Shown: positions 9,910 to 20,054 of the stretch, piece after piece
Numbering within the stretch: the first letter of the stretch is position 1
Layout: each line of letters starts with the position of its first letter
IMG/VR virus record: IMGVR_UViG_3300009155_000057
DNA: 64,000 bases
Reading direction: 5' to 3' (one strand)
From: an uncultured virus (IMG/VR IMGVR_UViG_3300009155_000057)
Taxonomy: Duplodnaviria > Heunggongvirae > Uroviricota > Caudoviricetes
Made by a program: the position numbers and the translations under genes
The notes under the pieces: model-generated
The model's input: the letters and a program-made list of their open reading frames with translations, nothing else
What the model was told of the DNA's origin: nothing
The model's database searches: none

Positions 9910-9941
9910 AAGTCAAGGCCAATTTATGTTGGCCTTGACTT
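9910..9941 (+). terminator. hairpin (probable terminator) after dnaE
   Basis: AAGTCAAGGCCAA / TTGGCCTTGACTT 13-bp inverted repeat. Confidence 0.65.
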
Positions 9942-9983
9942 GTAATTTTTCCATTGTTTTTGTATAATACCCATGAGGCAAAA

Positions 9984-11069
9984 ATGAAAATTGGTTATAG
10001 TTTTTGGGGCTTTTTGACACCTTTCGAAAAACTTACTGTCACTTCAACTCCTGATCATTACCGCGGTGGAAGAATTGACATTGTTGAAGAGATGACCCGC
10101 CGCGGCCATGAAGTTTATAGATTGCAGGTTCAGCGTGATGAAGAGCCATATCCTTCAAAGAGTATCCATCAGGCTGATGACTATTTTCCTGATGTAGATC
10201 TTGCGCTCTTTGAATGGCGGTGGCCAACGTGGAAGAATCACCAGCCTATTGGTGGTGCTCGTGCTACTGAGCCTGATTATGTTCGTCAAATGAAGTGCTT
10301 AGAGCATTATCACAAAAAGGGAACACCTATCATCATCCATGATGGTGACCTTCAAATGACTCATAGTGATGAGCTTCTTTTCCCAAATGCTGTTTTGACT
10401 GATGCATGTAAGAAACCTCGTCATCTTACTCGTCCTCGCTCATTCATGCCTTGGGTCTCCGCATCAAAGAAAATGTTTGCGCCCGTAGAATATGCATATG
10501 ATTACACATATGTCGGCAACAACTATGATCGTGACCCACAGTTTATGAAATATTATTCAGCTCCAAGCCTTGAGCTTCGCCGTCGCGGCATTCAAACTAA
10601 GGTATGGGGCAATTGGCTTGAGCGTTCTCCTGAACGTCGTGACCCTGTGAACCTTATTCAGCAACATCCAAACATTGCATTTGGTCATCGACTATCATAT
10701 AAGGATATCTTTACTGCACTCAATAAGTCGATTGCTGTAACGCATATTACTAGAGATGAGTATGCTGAGTATGGCAACATTACTATGCGATTCACTGAGT
10801 CGTATCAAGCAAGTGTTGTATCATTGATTCCTGCTGAATATACAGATGCTTTGCCTATTGGTTTGCGTGAATTTGTGGTGAGAAATCGTGAAGATGTTGT
10901 TCACGCTGTCACGACACTTAATCAAATGAGTGTTAATGAGCGCTCAATGATTGTTGAACAGCAGTTTGCTGAATTGAAAAAGCTTGCAGACCCAAGTCCA
11001 GAAAACCACCTCAACATTATTGAGCACCTTGTCAAGAATTACAATCCAAATGTGAGAAGTACAAATTGA
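9984..11069 (+). CDS. GT-B glycosyltransferase, putative DNA base glycosyltransferase (beta-glucosyltransferase-like)
   Basis: 'MKIGYSFWGFL', 'EWRWP', 'YVGNNYDR', 'WGNW' and 'TMRFTE' pattern; first gene of the nucleotide-modification operon. ATG 9984 preferred over TTG 9954. Confidence 0.65.
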   Translation: MKIGYSFWGFLTPFEKLTVTSTPDHYRGGRIDIVEEMTRRGHEVYRLQVQRDEEPYPSKSIHQADDYFPDVDLALFEWRWPTWKNHQPIGGARATEPDYVRQMKCLEHYHKKGTPIIIHDGDLQMTHSDELLFPNAVLTDACKKPRHLTRPRSFMPWVSASKKMFAPVEYAYDYTYVGNNYDRDPQFMKYYSAPSLELRRRGIQTKVWGNWLERSPERRDPVNLIQQHPNIAFGHRLSYKDIFTALNKSIAVTHITRDEYAEYGNITMRFTESYQASVVSLIPAEYTDALPIGLREFVVRNREDVVHAVTTLNQMSVNERSMIVEQQFAELKKLADPSPENHLNIIEHLVKNYNPNVRSTN

Positions 11070-11593
11070 AAAAGCAGCTCATCTTAAGTTTTGAAGGTCC
11101 TGATCGATCAGGAAAATCTGAAATTTCTTTGGAGCTTTCCAAAATTCTTGGCATTCCTCGATTCAAAAATACAGGTGAGTGGTTAGAAAATATTCAAAGC
11201 ACTTCTTATTTTTCAAATACACTCACATACGGTAACACTATGCTCATTGATTTTATTGAGCAGGTTGGATGTGATGTAATTTTTGATAGACACTATCCTT
11301 CAGAGTGGGTTTATTCGCGATTTTTTGGTCGTGAAACAAATGACGTGATCATGTCAAAGCTTGACAAAAAGCTTTCACAAATGGGAGCAAAAATTGTCAT
11401 TTGTAGGCGTCGGTCTTATAATGGCATTCAAGACGATCTATACTCATACATTGATAGCAATGCACTTACCCAAATTGATCTTCTTTATGAAGAGTTCACT
11501 AAATGGACGGAGTGTGATGTTTATACTTTGTGGGTTGATGATGAAAATCTTGAGCGCGAAATCAAAGAAATCAAGGAGTGGTTGAATTTATGA
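11066..11593 (+). CDS. deoxynucleoside monophosphate (thymidylate-kinase-like) kinase
   Basis: P-loop 'FEGPDRSGKS' and 'IFDRHYPSEWVY'. Confidence 0.85.
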   Translation: MKKQLILSFEGPDRSGKSEISLELSKILGIPRFKNTGEWLENIQSTSYFSNTLTYGNTMLIDFIEQVGCDVIFDRHYPSEWVYSRFFGRETNDVIMSKLDKKLSQMGAKIVICRRRSYNGIQDDLYSYIDSNALTQIDLLYEEFTKWTECDVYTLWVDDENLEREIKEIKEWLNL

Positions 11594-12564
11594 AATCTTA
11601 TTCTGGATTTACAGAAGCATACGTTGACCTTTGTAAGCTTATTAGAGATGAGTATGAATATATTTCAAGCCCTCGTGGCATGAAAATCAAAGAAAAGCTT
11701 GGCGTCCAGTTTAGGATTAAAAATCCACGTGAACGGCTGCCATTTGTAAAAGCAAGAGATTTTTCTCTTTCATATTTTGTTGCTGAAACTCTGTGGTACA
11801 TGAGTGGAAGTAATTCTACTGAGTGGATTTCCTACTACGCTCCTTTTTGGAAAAACATTTCGGATGATGGGCAGACGGCAAATTCTGCATATGGAGCGCG
11901 AATCTTTAAGTCTCATCCAAGAATTGCCGGAGGTCAACTAAACCAGTGGGAATATGTAAAAACCGAACTTAAAAACGATCCAGACAGTCGACGCGCGGTT
12001 ATTCATATTAGAACTCCTGATGATTCACTTCATGCTGTGAAAGACGTTCCTTGCACCTTGGCGCTTCAGTTTTTCATTCGAGATAATAAGCTTGATCTTC
12101 ACGTAAATATGCGTTCCAGTGACATTATTCTTGGTCTTGTATATGATGTTCCAGCATTTACAACAATGCAGGAGGTCATGGCAAATGAGCTTGATGTTGA
12201 ACTTGGAGAATATGTTCATACATCGAACTCACTTCATTGTTATGAACGAGACTTTGCAATGCTTGATGAAATTGCAAATGAAAAAAACACAATTGGCTTT
12301 CCAATGCCAGTATACCCTAAAGAATTTCCTATCAATGACTTGATGGAAGTTGAAAACAAAGTTCATAAAATTACGCATGATGAACTTGTTGCAGGTGTTT
12401 TGAAATTTAGTGATACAACCAAGAATAAAGCTACATCCAATCTTATAAATGATTGGGGATATGTTCTTTGCTCTTTCAAAGCTAGAAAGTTGAAAGAACA
12501 AAATCTTTCGCAAATGTATCTTTCTTTAACAAACTATCAAGGCTATCATTTTTTTAAGAGGTAA
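11590..12564 (+). CDS. thymidylate-synthase-fold enzyme, dCMP-type (dCMP hydroxymethylase-like)
   Basis: 'SRRA', 'PCT', 'MRSSDIILGLVYDVPAF' and 'SLHCYE' motifs; Asp at the position that is Asn in dUMP-specific TS. ATGA overlap with the kinase. Confidence 0.8.
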   Translation: MKSYSGFTEAYVDLCKLIRDEYEYISSPRGMKIKEKLGVQFRIKNPRERLPFVKARDFSLSYFVAETLWYMSGSNSTEWISYYAPFWKNISDDGQTANSAYGARIFKSHPRIAGGQLNQWEYVKTELKNDPDSRRAVIHIRTPDDSLHAVKDVPCTLALQFFIRDNKLDLHVNMRSSDIILGLVYDVPAFTTMQEVMANELDVELGEYVHTSNSLHCYERDFAMLDEIANEKNTIGFPMPVYPKEFPINDLMEVENKVHKITHDELVAGVLKFSDTTKNKATSNLINDWGYVLCSFKARKLKEQNLSQMYLSLTNYQGYHFFKR

Positions 12565-12566
12565 AA

Positions 12567-13580
12567 ATGAATTCAAAGCGTGTTCTGGTCACAGGAGGAT
12601 GTGGGTTCATTGGATCTCACGTTGTTCGTGAGCTTGTTGACAATGGTTATATTGTTGACGTAGTTGACGATATGGGAAGTGGATCATTGGATGCCTTGAG
12701 TGACAAGGAAATTGTTTTTAGGTCAGTTCCTGTTGGTATGATAAGTGAGTTTGAAAAAATTCATAAATTTGAAAATAGAAAACCAGGGTCGGTTCTTGTT
12801 CTTGAGGGAGATTTTGCTTCTTCAAAAATAATTGAATTTGCTTCACTACGTAGATGGGAAACAATTTTCCATTTGGCTGCAGAGCCTCGTGTTGGTCGTT
12901 CGGTTGAAGAACCATATGTTACTAATGAAGTAAATGTTAATAGCACTTTGCGACTAATGCAATCTATTATAGGTATGAATGTGAATTTCATATTCTCATC
13001 TTCGTCTGCAATTTATGGTCCAGTTGATGAACTTCCAACATCAACCAGTGCCCCTTGTAATCCTCAATCTCCATATGGTCTTCAGAAGCAAATTGTTGAA
13101 CAATACCTCCAAATGTTTGGACGTTTATACAATCAACGTAGTGTTTGTTTGCGTTATTTCAATGTTTATGGACCTGGACAAAATGGAGAATCGGCATACT
13201 CAACAGCAATTTCTGCATGGTGTACAGCGATCCATAAGTCAAAGAGTCTAAGATCAGACGGTGATGGATCACAAACACGAGATCTTGTCTTTGTGAAAGA
13301 CATTGCTCGAGCAAATAGAATTGCAGCTGAGTCTACTAAAGAATTTTACGGTGAAGTGTTCAATATTGGTTGCGGTGAGTCTTTTTCAAACAATCAAGTT
13401 CTTGAAATGTTCAAAACCCGTTTTAATTCACTAGACATTACAAATGCTCCAGAGCGTCAAGGTGATGTGAAGCACACATTAGCAAACATTGAAAAAACAA
13501 CCCAAATGTTGGGATGGAAGCCAGAAGTTTCGTTTGTTGATGGTCTTGATCTTACACTTAAGTGGTGGGGGTTAGCATGA
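12567..13580 (+). CDS. NAD-dependent NDP-sugar epimerase/dehydratase (extended SDR)
   Basis: GGCGFIG, HLAA, SSSAIYG, YGLQK (YxxxK), LRYFNVYGP. Confidence 0.9.
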   Translation: MNSKRVLVTGGCGFIGSHVVRELVDNGYIVDVVDDMGSGSLDALSDKEIVFRSVPVGMISEFEKIHKFENRKPGSVLVLEGDFASSKIIEFASLRRWETIFHLAAEPRVGRSVEEPYVTNEVNVNSTLRLMQSIIGMNVNFIFSSSSAIYGPVDELPTSTSAPCNPQSPYGLQKQIVEQYLQMFGRLYNQRSVCLRYFNVYGPGQNGESAYSTAISAWCTAIHKSKSLRSDGDGSQTRDLVFVKDIARANRIAAESTKEFYGEVFNIGCGESFSNNQVLEMFKTRFNSLDITNAPERQGDVKHTLANIEKTTQMLGWKPEVSFVDGLDLTLKWWGLA

Positions 13581-14149
13581 AAACTCGCGAAATGATTCTT
13601 TTTCTGGGACCTATGTTTTCTGGAAAAACAACTCATCTTTTTGCTGCTATTGAACGTCATCAGCGACGGCATCAATTAGTTGTTTGCTTTAAGCCTAAGA
13701 TTGATGACAGATATTCTAACAATGAAATTGTCACACACTCTGGCATGAAAATTCCTGCTATTACAGTTAAAAATGGTAATGAGATTATAGATGCCATTTT
13801 GAAAATGGAGTATTCACCAAATGTTGTTGCTGTTGATGAAGCATTTATGATTGAAAATGCTCATCAAGCATTGTTGCAATTGTTTTTTAAAGGCATAACA
13901 GTCTATGTTTCATCAATTGATATTTCTGCAAACTTAAAAACGTTTTTGGAAATTGATAAATTACTTCCGTATGCTACGCAAGTGATAAAGTGTGCTTCAA
14001 TTTGTGAATGTTGTTTAAATGATGCGCAACTCACATATCGAAAGTTTGAATCTGATTCTGAAATTTCTGTTGGCGGAGTTGAGGTCTATGAACCTCGATG
14101 TTGGTCCTGCCATCCTCTTGTAAGTAAAAAGAACTGGCTTAATGTATAA
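13577..14149 (+). CDS. tdk: thymidine kinase
   Basis: GPMFSGKT, KPKIDDRY, VDEA, CxxC...YEPRCWSC. Confidence 0.92.
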   Translation: MKTREMILFLGPMFSGKTTHLFAAIERHQRRHQLVVCFKPKIDDRYSNNEIVTHSGMKIPAITVKNGNEIIDAILKMEYSPNVVAVDEAFMIENAHQALLQLFFKGITVYVSSIDISANLKTFLEIDKLLPYATQVIKCASICECCLNDAQLTYRKFESDSEISVGGVEVYEPRCWSCHPLVSKKNWLNV

Positions 14150-14171
14150 TTAAGCTGTCAAAGGAATAAAA

Positions 14172-15020
14172 ATGTTTGATCCATCAAGTGTAAACTTTGT
14201 CATCTACCACGCAAATTGCTCCGACGGGTTTGGAGCTGCATGGGCTGCCTGGAAGCTTTTGGGAGATCGCGCAACATATTATCCAGCAACTTATGGTCAT
14301 CCAGCACCAAATGTGAAAGGAAAAACTGTTGTATGTTTAGATTTTAGCTATGACAACGCTACTACAAAGCGACTTATTAGTGAGGCTGACAATTTTTATG
14401 TCATTGATCATCACAAAACCTCTATGATCAATCTTCATGATGTGTCAAACACTCATTTTGACATGAATCATAGTGGTGCATATCTTTCTTGGAAGTTTTT
14501 CCATCCTGGAAAAGAAGTTCCTCGTTTAATCAAATACATTGAAGATCGTGATATTTGGAAGTGGGAATTGCCTTATTCAAAGGAATTCTCCACGTTCTTT
14601 TACACTGTCCCATTTGACTTTGATGAATATGACAACTATCTTGATGATAGCGTAATTGACGCAGCACAGGAAAGTGGCTCCCACATTGTTGCTTATACAA
14701 AGGCTGCAATATCTCGACTTGTTAAAAATCCAGCTATGAGAAAGCTTAGTGGTAAATCTGTTGCTGTTGTCAACACAGCACAGTGGATTGATGAAGTTGG
14801 AAATGCCCTGGCTGTCAAATGTGACTTTGCCCTTATGTGGCGTTATGATCATAAGCTAAATGAAACACACGTTAGCTTACGTTCTTTTCATGATGATGTT
14901 GATGTAAGCGAAGTTGCTAAGCGCTTTGGCGGCGGCGGTCATAAAAAATCTGCTGCTTTTCGTCTTCCACAAGGCGTTTTCGTTGAATCTATCTTTGACA
15001 AAGAGGTTTCCAATTCATGA
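14172..15020 (+). CDS. DHH/DHHA1 phosphoesterase
   Basis: 'YHANCSDG', 'IDHH', 'SLRS...GGGGHKKSAAF'. Confidence 0.88.
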   Translation: MFDPSSVNFVIYHANCSDGFGAAWAAWKLLGDRATYYPATYGHPAPNVKGKTVVCLDFSYDNATTKRLISEADNFYVIDHHKTSMINLHDVSNTHFDMNHSGAYLSWKFFHPGKEVPRLIKYIEDRDIWKWELPYSKEFSTFFYTVPFDFDEYDNYLDDSVIDAAQESGSHIVAYTKAAISRLVKNPAMRKLSGKSVAVVNTAQWIDEVGNALAVKCDFALMWRYDHKLNETHVSLRSFHDDVDVSEVAKRFGGGGHKKSAAFRLPQGVFVESIFDKEVSNS

Positions 15021-15454
15021 ATCGCCATCAATTGAAAATAAAAACATATATGAATATTTGTGAGCAGATTGCTTCACTTTCATATGATCCTAAATTTAAA
15101 GTAGGAACTGTTATTATCACTGATGACTTTCGTGAAATTTGCGCTGTTGGCTATAATGGAAATTATAAAGGTGGGCCAAATGAAAGAGACTCAGACGAGA
15201 CTGGCGCCTCAGGGTTTCTTCATAGTGAAGAAAATGCTCTTTTCCATCTTTCAAAGCCATTTGAGCTTCGTGACAATTTAATAATGCTTTGCACACACAA
15301 ACCTTGTCCAATGTGTGCAAAGAGAATCGTAAATTCAGGACTTAAAAGAGTAATTTACGGCGCAAATTACAACGCAATGGGTCCACAAGCCGATGAAATC
15401 TTTAAGAACGCATTCGTCAGCTGTATGCATATTGATCAATACATTGGAATATAA
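15017..15454 (+). CDS. dCMP deaminase
   Basis: 'VGTVI..GYNG', 'HSEENA', 'PCPMC'. Confidence 0.88.
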   Translation: MNRHQLKIKTYMNICEQIASLSYDPKFKVGTVIITDDFREICAVGYNGNYKGGPNERDSDETGASGFLHSEENALFHLSKPFELRDNLIMLCTHKPCPMCAKRIVNSGLKRVIYGANYNAMGPQADEIFKNAFVSCMHIDQYIGI

Positions 15455-15533
15455 TTAAGAATCACAAGTAGCGTTCTTCTTGTGAAGCATATTTATATCT
15501 GAATGTGTATAAGTCATATTAAGGAGATACAGC

Positions 15534-15860
15534 TTGAAAAGAGATAATTTGCTCATTAAGCTTATGCGTGAGCAATATGAGAAGCATATATACTCACGCC
15601 TTCTAGAAATTGATGTCTCCGCTGCTGGTGGGAAGATATTGATTGATGCTGGTCTTGAAGTCACTGATATAAAGACAGGTGAAAAATTTACCGTGCAATC
15701 AGTTCAAACACATCCCGACGGAGACGTTTTGATCAGTTTAATACACCCTGAAAGCGTTTCTGGACCTATAACGAATCAAGGTAATCATACAATTGTTTCA
15801 CCTGGTCAAAAGCCACACGTTTATAATCTAGAACAATTCGAAAAGAAGTTCAAGGTTTAA
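15534..15860 (+). CDS. hypothetical protein with leader-like N-terminus
   Basis: AAGGAG SD with TTG start; 'LIKLMREQY...RLLE'; ATATTTA at 15489. Confidence 0.6.
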   Translation: MKRDNLLIKLMREQYEKHIYSRLLEIDVSAAGGKILIDAGLEVTDIKTGEKFTVQSVQTHPDGDVLISLIHPESVSGPITNQGNHTIVSPGQKPHVYNLEQFEKKFKV

Positions 15861-15869
15861 GGATCAAAT

Positions 15870-16571
15870 ATGAAATTTAATGAAAAAGAAATTGAAAATA
15901 TCATAAAAGAAACTCTTACAGGTCGAAAATCTAAACTAGAAGAGTCAAATCTTAATGAAGCATACGTAGTTACCGCTAGAAAATATGACTTGTCAACAGA
16001 AAAATTGAGCGAAGAGAATAAGCAAGCCCATGAAGATCTCATGGATGGCTATGTTAAGTCTTTAAATGAAATCTCTGCAAAACTTGAAACAGTTGACAGG
16101 GATAATATAGGACCCAACAGCTCAACATTTCGTAGCTTAAAGCTTGACGAAGCATACAATCTAAATGCTGTTTTCTTGCATGGTATGTTTTTTGAAAATA
16201 TATCAGACGTTAGATCACAAATTTCAATGGACTCGCTCTCATATATGAGATTTGAGCGCGACTGGGGTTCTTTTGAGGCCTGGCAGCGTGATTTTATTGC
16301 ATGTGCTATGAGTGCAAGAAATGGATGGGTCGTAACAGTTTATAACTTTATGTTGCGACGTTACATAAATGTTGTTGTAGATCTTCACAGCACTGGCATT
16401 CCATTTTCATCTATACCAGTTGTAGTTTTAGATTGTTGGGAGCACTCTTATTATCGTGACTATCTAAAAGATCGCAAATCATACGTTTTTGCAATGATGA
16501 AAGAGTTGCGTTGGGAAAAAATTGAAGAGAGAATTAGAAAAGTTGAACGTATGGCCGAGGCTCTAAAATGA
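15870..16571 (+). CDS. sod: Fe/Mn superoxide dismutase with leader extension
   Basis: Metal ligands H (AHEDL), H (LHGMFF), D and H (DCWEHSYY); extra N-terminal 'IENIIKETL...LNE'. Confidence 0.85.
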   Translation: MKFNEKEIENIIKETLTGRKSKLEESNLNEAYVVTARKYDLSTEKLSEENKQAHEDLMDGYVKSLNEISAKLETVDRDNIGPNSSTFRSLKLDEAYNLNAVFLHGMFFENISDVRSQISMDSLSYMRFERDWGSFEAWQRDFIACAMSARNGWVVTVYNFMLRRYINVVVDLHSTGIPFSSIPVVVLDCWEHSYYRDYLKDRKSYVFAMMKELRWEKIEERIRKVERMAEALK

Positions 16572-17404
16572 ATAAATCTCTTATAAAAAAAATCGTTTTA
16601 AAAGAAATTCTTGGAACAAGTCTGCGTAAGCTTTATGAAGCTGATGAACCTGCCGCTGATCCGGCTGCTGACCCAGCGGCAGCTCCCGCCGATCCAAATG
16701 CTCCACCTCCCCCAGCAGATGGCCCCCCCGCCGACCTGAATGTTTCCTCTGTTCCACCAGTAGGTCCTCCTCCTGGAGGTGCTCCTGCACCAAGTATGCT
16801 CCCGCCTGCAGCCCCCGCGGTGCCTGGGCCTTCAATGTTAGGAGCTCCTCCAATGTTAGGAGCCCCTGCTCCAATGGGAGCACCAGCCCCCGCTCCAGGT
16901 GCTGCACCCGTCAAAAAGCAAAATAAGCCAAAGCCAGCTAAAACACCTAACCCAGATAAGCAGCAGGTTGCTTCAAAGCTTCATAGCACATTGATGAATG
17001 CAATTTCAAGTGCAAGTGAAGACATTTCTGAAAGTCTTAAAAATAAAAATTTGCGCTTTCTTTATGAAGCTGATGAAGAAGCTGAAGGTTCAGAAGAAGA
17101 ATCAGGCGATGAAAGCAAAAAACAGCCTGAAAAGAAGTCAGGCCCTAAAATTGACATGGACAAGTACGCTGGCGGTGTTGCCAACTTAATTGACAATTAC
17201 ACATCTCTTGTCGACATTAAGAAAAGCGTAATAGATCAAGCTGAGCAAGATCTTGAAACACAATTTCCAAATGATTCTCCTGCCCTTAAAAAGCAATTGA
17301 AAGATTTACTACGCACACAATACCACTTATCTTTAGAAAAACAAAATGAACCACCGGAAAAATATGCAGTTGGAGCGAAGAGCGGAGCAGGAGGCCCTGC
17401 GTGA
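16568..17404 (+). CDS. Pro/Ala-rich leader-bearing protein
   Basis: 'LIKKIVLKE..LYEAD' plus a second 'LYEAD'; long P/A/G low-complexity tract. Confidence 0.6.
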   Translation: MNKSLIKKIVLKEILGTSLRKLYEADEPAADPAADPAAAPADPNAPPPPADGPPADLNVSSVPPVGPPPGGAPAPSMLPPAAPAVPGPSMLGAPPMLGAPAPMGAPAPAPGAAPVKKQNKPKPAKTPNPDKQQVASKLHSTLMNAISSASEDISESLKNKNLRFLYEADEEAEGSEEESGDESKKQPEKKSGPKIDMDKYAGGVANLIDNYTSLVDIKKSVIDQAEQDLETQFPNDSPALKKQLKDLLRTQYHLSLEKQNEPPEKYAVGAKSGAGGPA

Positions 17405-17672
17405 GAAAGTTTCTCGCATTGTTGAGCCTCGAAAATGCGTCCATCTAAAACTTCCATCTGAAGTTCATTCTGAACTCCGAATATTCGGAATCAAGAACAA
17501 GTTGTCTCTTCAAGAAATGATCACAGAAATGTGTCGTCTTTTAGTTGATGGAGACAATTATCTTTATAATCGAATGATAGCTTTTTATAAGAGAAAGCAA
17601 GAGAAAAAAATTAAAAAAATATCTGCAAAAGACGAAGAAAGCATTTATAATCATATTGTTGGTGATGAATAG
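17346..17672 (+). CDS. putative ribbon-helix-helix DNA-binding protein (start uncertain)
   Basis: 'KCVHLKLPSEVHSELRIFGIKNKLSLQEMITE' fits the RHH pattern. Confidence 0.5.
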   Translation: MNHRKNMQLERRAEQEALREKVSRIVEPRKCVHLKLPSEVHSELRIFGIKNKLSLQEMITEMCRLLVDGDNYLYNRMIAFYKRKQEKKIKKISAKDEESIYNHIVGDE

Positions 17673-17709
17673 ACCAACCTATACAAAAAACAAAAATAAA
17701 GGAGAAAAA

Positions 17710-17910
17710 ATGTTTCGTAATGTTATTGCTTTTGTTGCACTTTTGACTGCTGGTGGTTGTCTTGTTGAGCCCGCTCCAACCACAGTTGCTCCAACTGCTA
17801 CTGTTGATACAGTTTCGCAGACCACTCCACTTGTTGATGATGTAAGCACTGTTGAAACGGTTGAACCTGTCCTCACTGTTGAGCCTGCCAACGAGAGCCC
17901 TTCAAAGTAA
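17710..17910 (+). CDS. small putative lipoprotein
   Basis: AAAGGAG SD; signal peptide with lipobox-like AGG-C; Thr/Pro/Val-rich tail. Confidence 0.6.
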   Translation: MFRNVIAFVALLTAGGCLVEPAPTTVAPTATVDTVSQTTPLVDDVSTVETVEPVLTVEPANESPSK

Positions 17911-17927
17911 AAATACCTTTTTCTGAA

Positions 17928-17957
17928 AAAAAAGCGCTACATTTGTAGCGCTTTTTT
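17928..17957. terminator. bidirectional Rho-independent terminator
   Basis: AAAAAAGCGCTACA-TT-TGTAGCGCTTTTTT. Confidence 0.8.
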
Positions 17958-18009
17958 CATTTCTGACACCTGATGACTATAATACTTAATCATACACACG
18001 AGGTCATTA

Positions 18010-20049
18010 ATGTCATATGTGAAAGTAAAAAGATCAATTCTCGAGAATTTGATCAAAAAAACGCTATTTGAATCAGATAGCGTATCAGAAAAGCTTATAA
18101 AGCCAGATGATTCTGCTCTTCCATCAGATTTGCCATTAAAGCCAGACAACAAGTTGATTGTTGATCACCCTGGAGCTGAAAGACCTCCTGTCGAAGATGA
18201 TGAATACATTCCTGATAACTCAAAGGAACTTGGACTTGCAATGAAAGCATTGTCCGAAATGATTCCTGCAGAGAATGTAGGTGCAGCATATGACGCTATG
18301 AAGAAAGCGATTGAGTCAATTAACAATCAACCAGACGAAAATGTCGAAGGAAGTGATGTCAACATGGCAACTTTGGATGAAAGAAAACGTATGGCCTTGA
18401 AAAAGATGGTCATTAAGACACTTAATGAAATCGACGGTGCCGACGATGACGATTGGGAAGAGGAGGAAGATCCTAAAGATCCATTTGGAAAAGGTTTTTA
18501 CCGTGATGTCAGAGCAAACTTTGGGTCAGATGATGTAGATGATGATGACCCTAAGTCTAGAGAAAGTGACGATCTTCATATGTTCAAAAATGAAGATGAA
18601 AAGCTCATTAAGCGCTTTATTATGAACACTGATACAATCAGTGACATTGAAGATGCTATTGGTGGAAATGAAGATGAGCGTGAAAAGTTTCTTTCAATTC
18701 TTCGCATGCTTGAAAACATTGAAGGAATGAAGCATCGTAAGCTTTCTGATAACAAAGCAGCTGACGCTGAAATTAGACAGAAGTATATTCCTCCTGCTGA
18801 GCAGCTTGGTGAAGAATTCCACAAGAATCTTACCGATCTGGCCAAAAAAGATATCAGTTCATTTGATTTGTCAGCTTTGATTTATGACACGTTTGATGAC
18901 TTGTCTGTTATTATGGATAGCATCAATGATCTTGTAGGAACTGAAAAGTTTGAATATCAAACACAGGCCCCAAAATATGGCTATGGTGCAGCCTCAGGTC
19001 TTAGACAGACAATGGTTCGAGACCTCCAGGGTGTCCGAATGGTTCAGCAATATTGGCAAGATGATGATATTGTATACATTCAGAACAACTCTAAGAAAAG
19101 ATTCCTTGAGATTTTGAACAACAAGGACAACGCAAAGTTCCTTCGCACCCTATTTGATGATGAAGGTCTTGATGAATACATCAATGAAATTGATAAAAAT
19201 CCAAAGGCTTTGACTGGATCACTTATCTATAGAAACTTTGAAGGTCTTCTTTCTTATATCACAAGCCAAAGAATTTCTGATATGAAATTTGGCGAAGGCG
19301 TAAGTGAAGCTCCTAAGTCAGCCGAAGATATTGCTGATGCTTTGGAGTCTAATGGATTTGATGAGTTTAGCGAAGGAGACGCCAGCTATATGCTCGAGCT
19401 TGTTCCTGAGCACCTTAGTATGAATGAACTAAATGCTTTTATTGACTTTTTGTCATCAGCAGATGATTCAACAGTTACAAAGCTAAATGACAGATTGATG
19501 ACTGCTGTTGGTCAAGATGAAGCTACTTTGGCAAAGTTTATTAAGACATTCACTGTCAAAATGAAGTCTTCAATTGAAAAGCCTTTGGGTCGTGAAGTTG
19601 GTAAGTCATTCCAGTCTGATTTCCCTGAAAACAAGCCAATCAACAAGTCAGAGATTGAACAAATTGAAAAAATGATTGATCAAGGTCTTGTTAAGAAGGT
19701 ATTTGACCAGGTCATATCTGATGCTTACAACAAGTCTAAGTTGCTTGCTGCAATAGGAGCCGCGGCTTCAATGGCTGCTGAAGACATCGACGTTGGTGTT
19801 ATTGGAAAATACACTGAGCCTGCATTTGCGTCATTGAAAAAGTATGCTACTCGCGTAATGACAGGAACTCCAGGCGCTGCTGTTGGCATCTATCAGGACG
19901 CTGCTGAAATGGATCCAGAGTATGCTAAGAAGTATCAAAGCGACGTTGAAGGTGAGTTTAAGTCAATCCTTAAGAAAGACAAGAACGCACAAAAAGCATC
20001 AGAAAAAAATGAGCCTCCTGCCAAAAAAATGGGTAAGAGGGGAGCATAA
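18010..20049 (+). CDS. large acidic leader-bearing protein
   Basis: 'LENLIKKTLFE' and 'LKKMVIKTLNE'; AATACTTA at 17981. Confidence 0.65.
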   Translation: MSYVKVKRSILENLIKKTLFESDSVSEKLIKPDDSALPSDLPLKPDNKLIVDHPGAERPPVEDDEYIPDNSKELGLAMKALSEMIPAENVGAAYDAMKKAIESINNQPDENVEGSDVNMATLDERKRMALKKMVIKTLNEIDGADDDDWEEEEDPKDPFGKGFYRDVRANFGSDDVDDDDPKSRESDDLHMFKNEDEKLIKRFIMNTDTISDIEDAIGGNEDEREKFLSILRMLENIEGMKHRKLSDNKAADAEIRQKYIPPAEQLGEEFHKNLTDLAKKDISSFDLSALIYDTFDDLSVIMDSINDLVGTEKFEYQTQAPKYGYGAASGLRQTMVRDLQGVRMVQQYWQDDDIVYIQNNSKKRFLEILNNKDNAKFLRTLFDDEGLDEYINEIDKNPKALTGSLIYRNFEGLLSYITSQRISDMKFGEGVSEAPKSAEDIADALESNGFDEFSEGDASYMLELVPEHLSMNELNAFIDFLSSADDSTVTKLNDRLMTAVGQDEATLAKFIKTFTVKMKSSIEKPLGREVGKSFQSDFPENKPINKSEIEQIEKMIDQGLVKKVFDQVISDAYNKSKLLAAIGAAASMAAEDIDVGVIGKYTEPAFASLKKYATRVMTGTPGAAVGIYQDAAEMDPEYAKKYQSDVEGEFKSILKKDKNAQKASEKNEPPAKKMGKRGA

Positions 20050-20054
20050 ACAAT

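Noticed and set aside
11590..12564. Ordinary thymidylate synthase (thyA)
   Set aside because: The specificity residue is Asp rather than Asn, and the gene sits with a glycosyltransferase and kinase.
16640..16915. GC-rich repetitive tract as a mobile or foreign element
   Set aside because: Explained by Pro/Ala/Gly codons within a continuous ORF.
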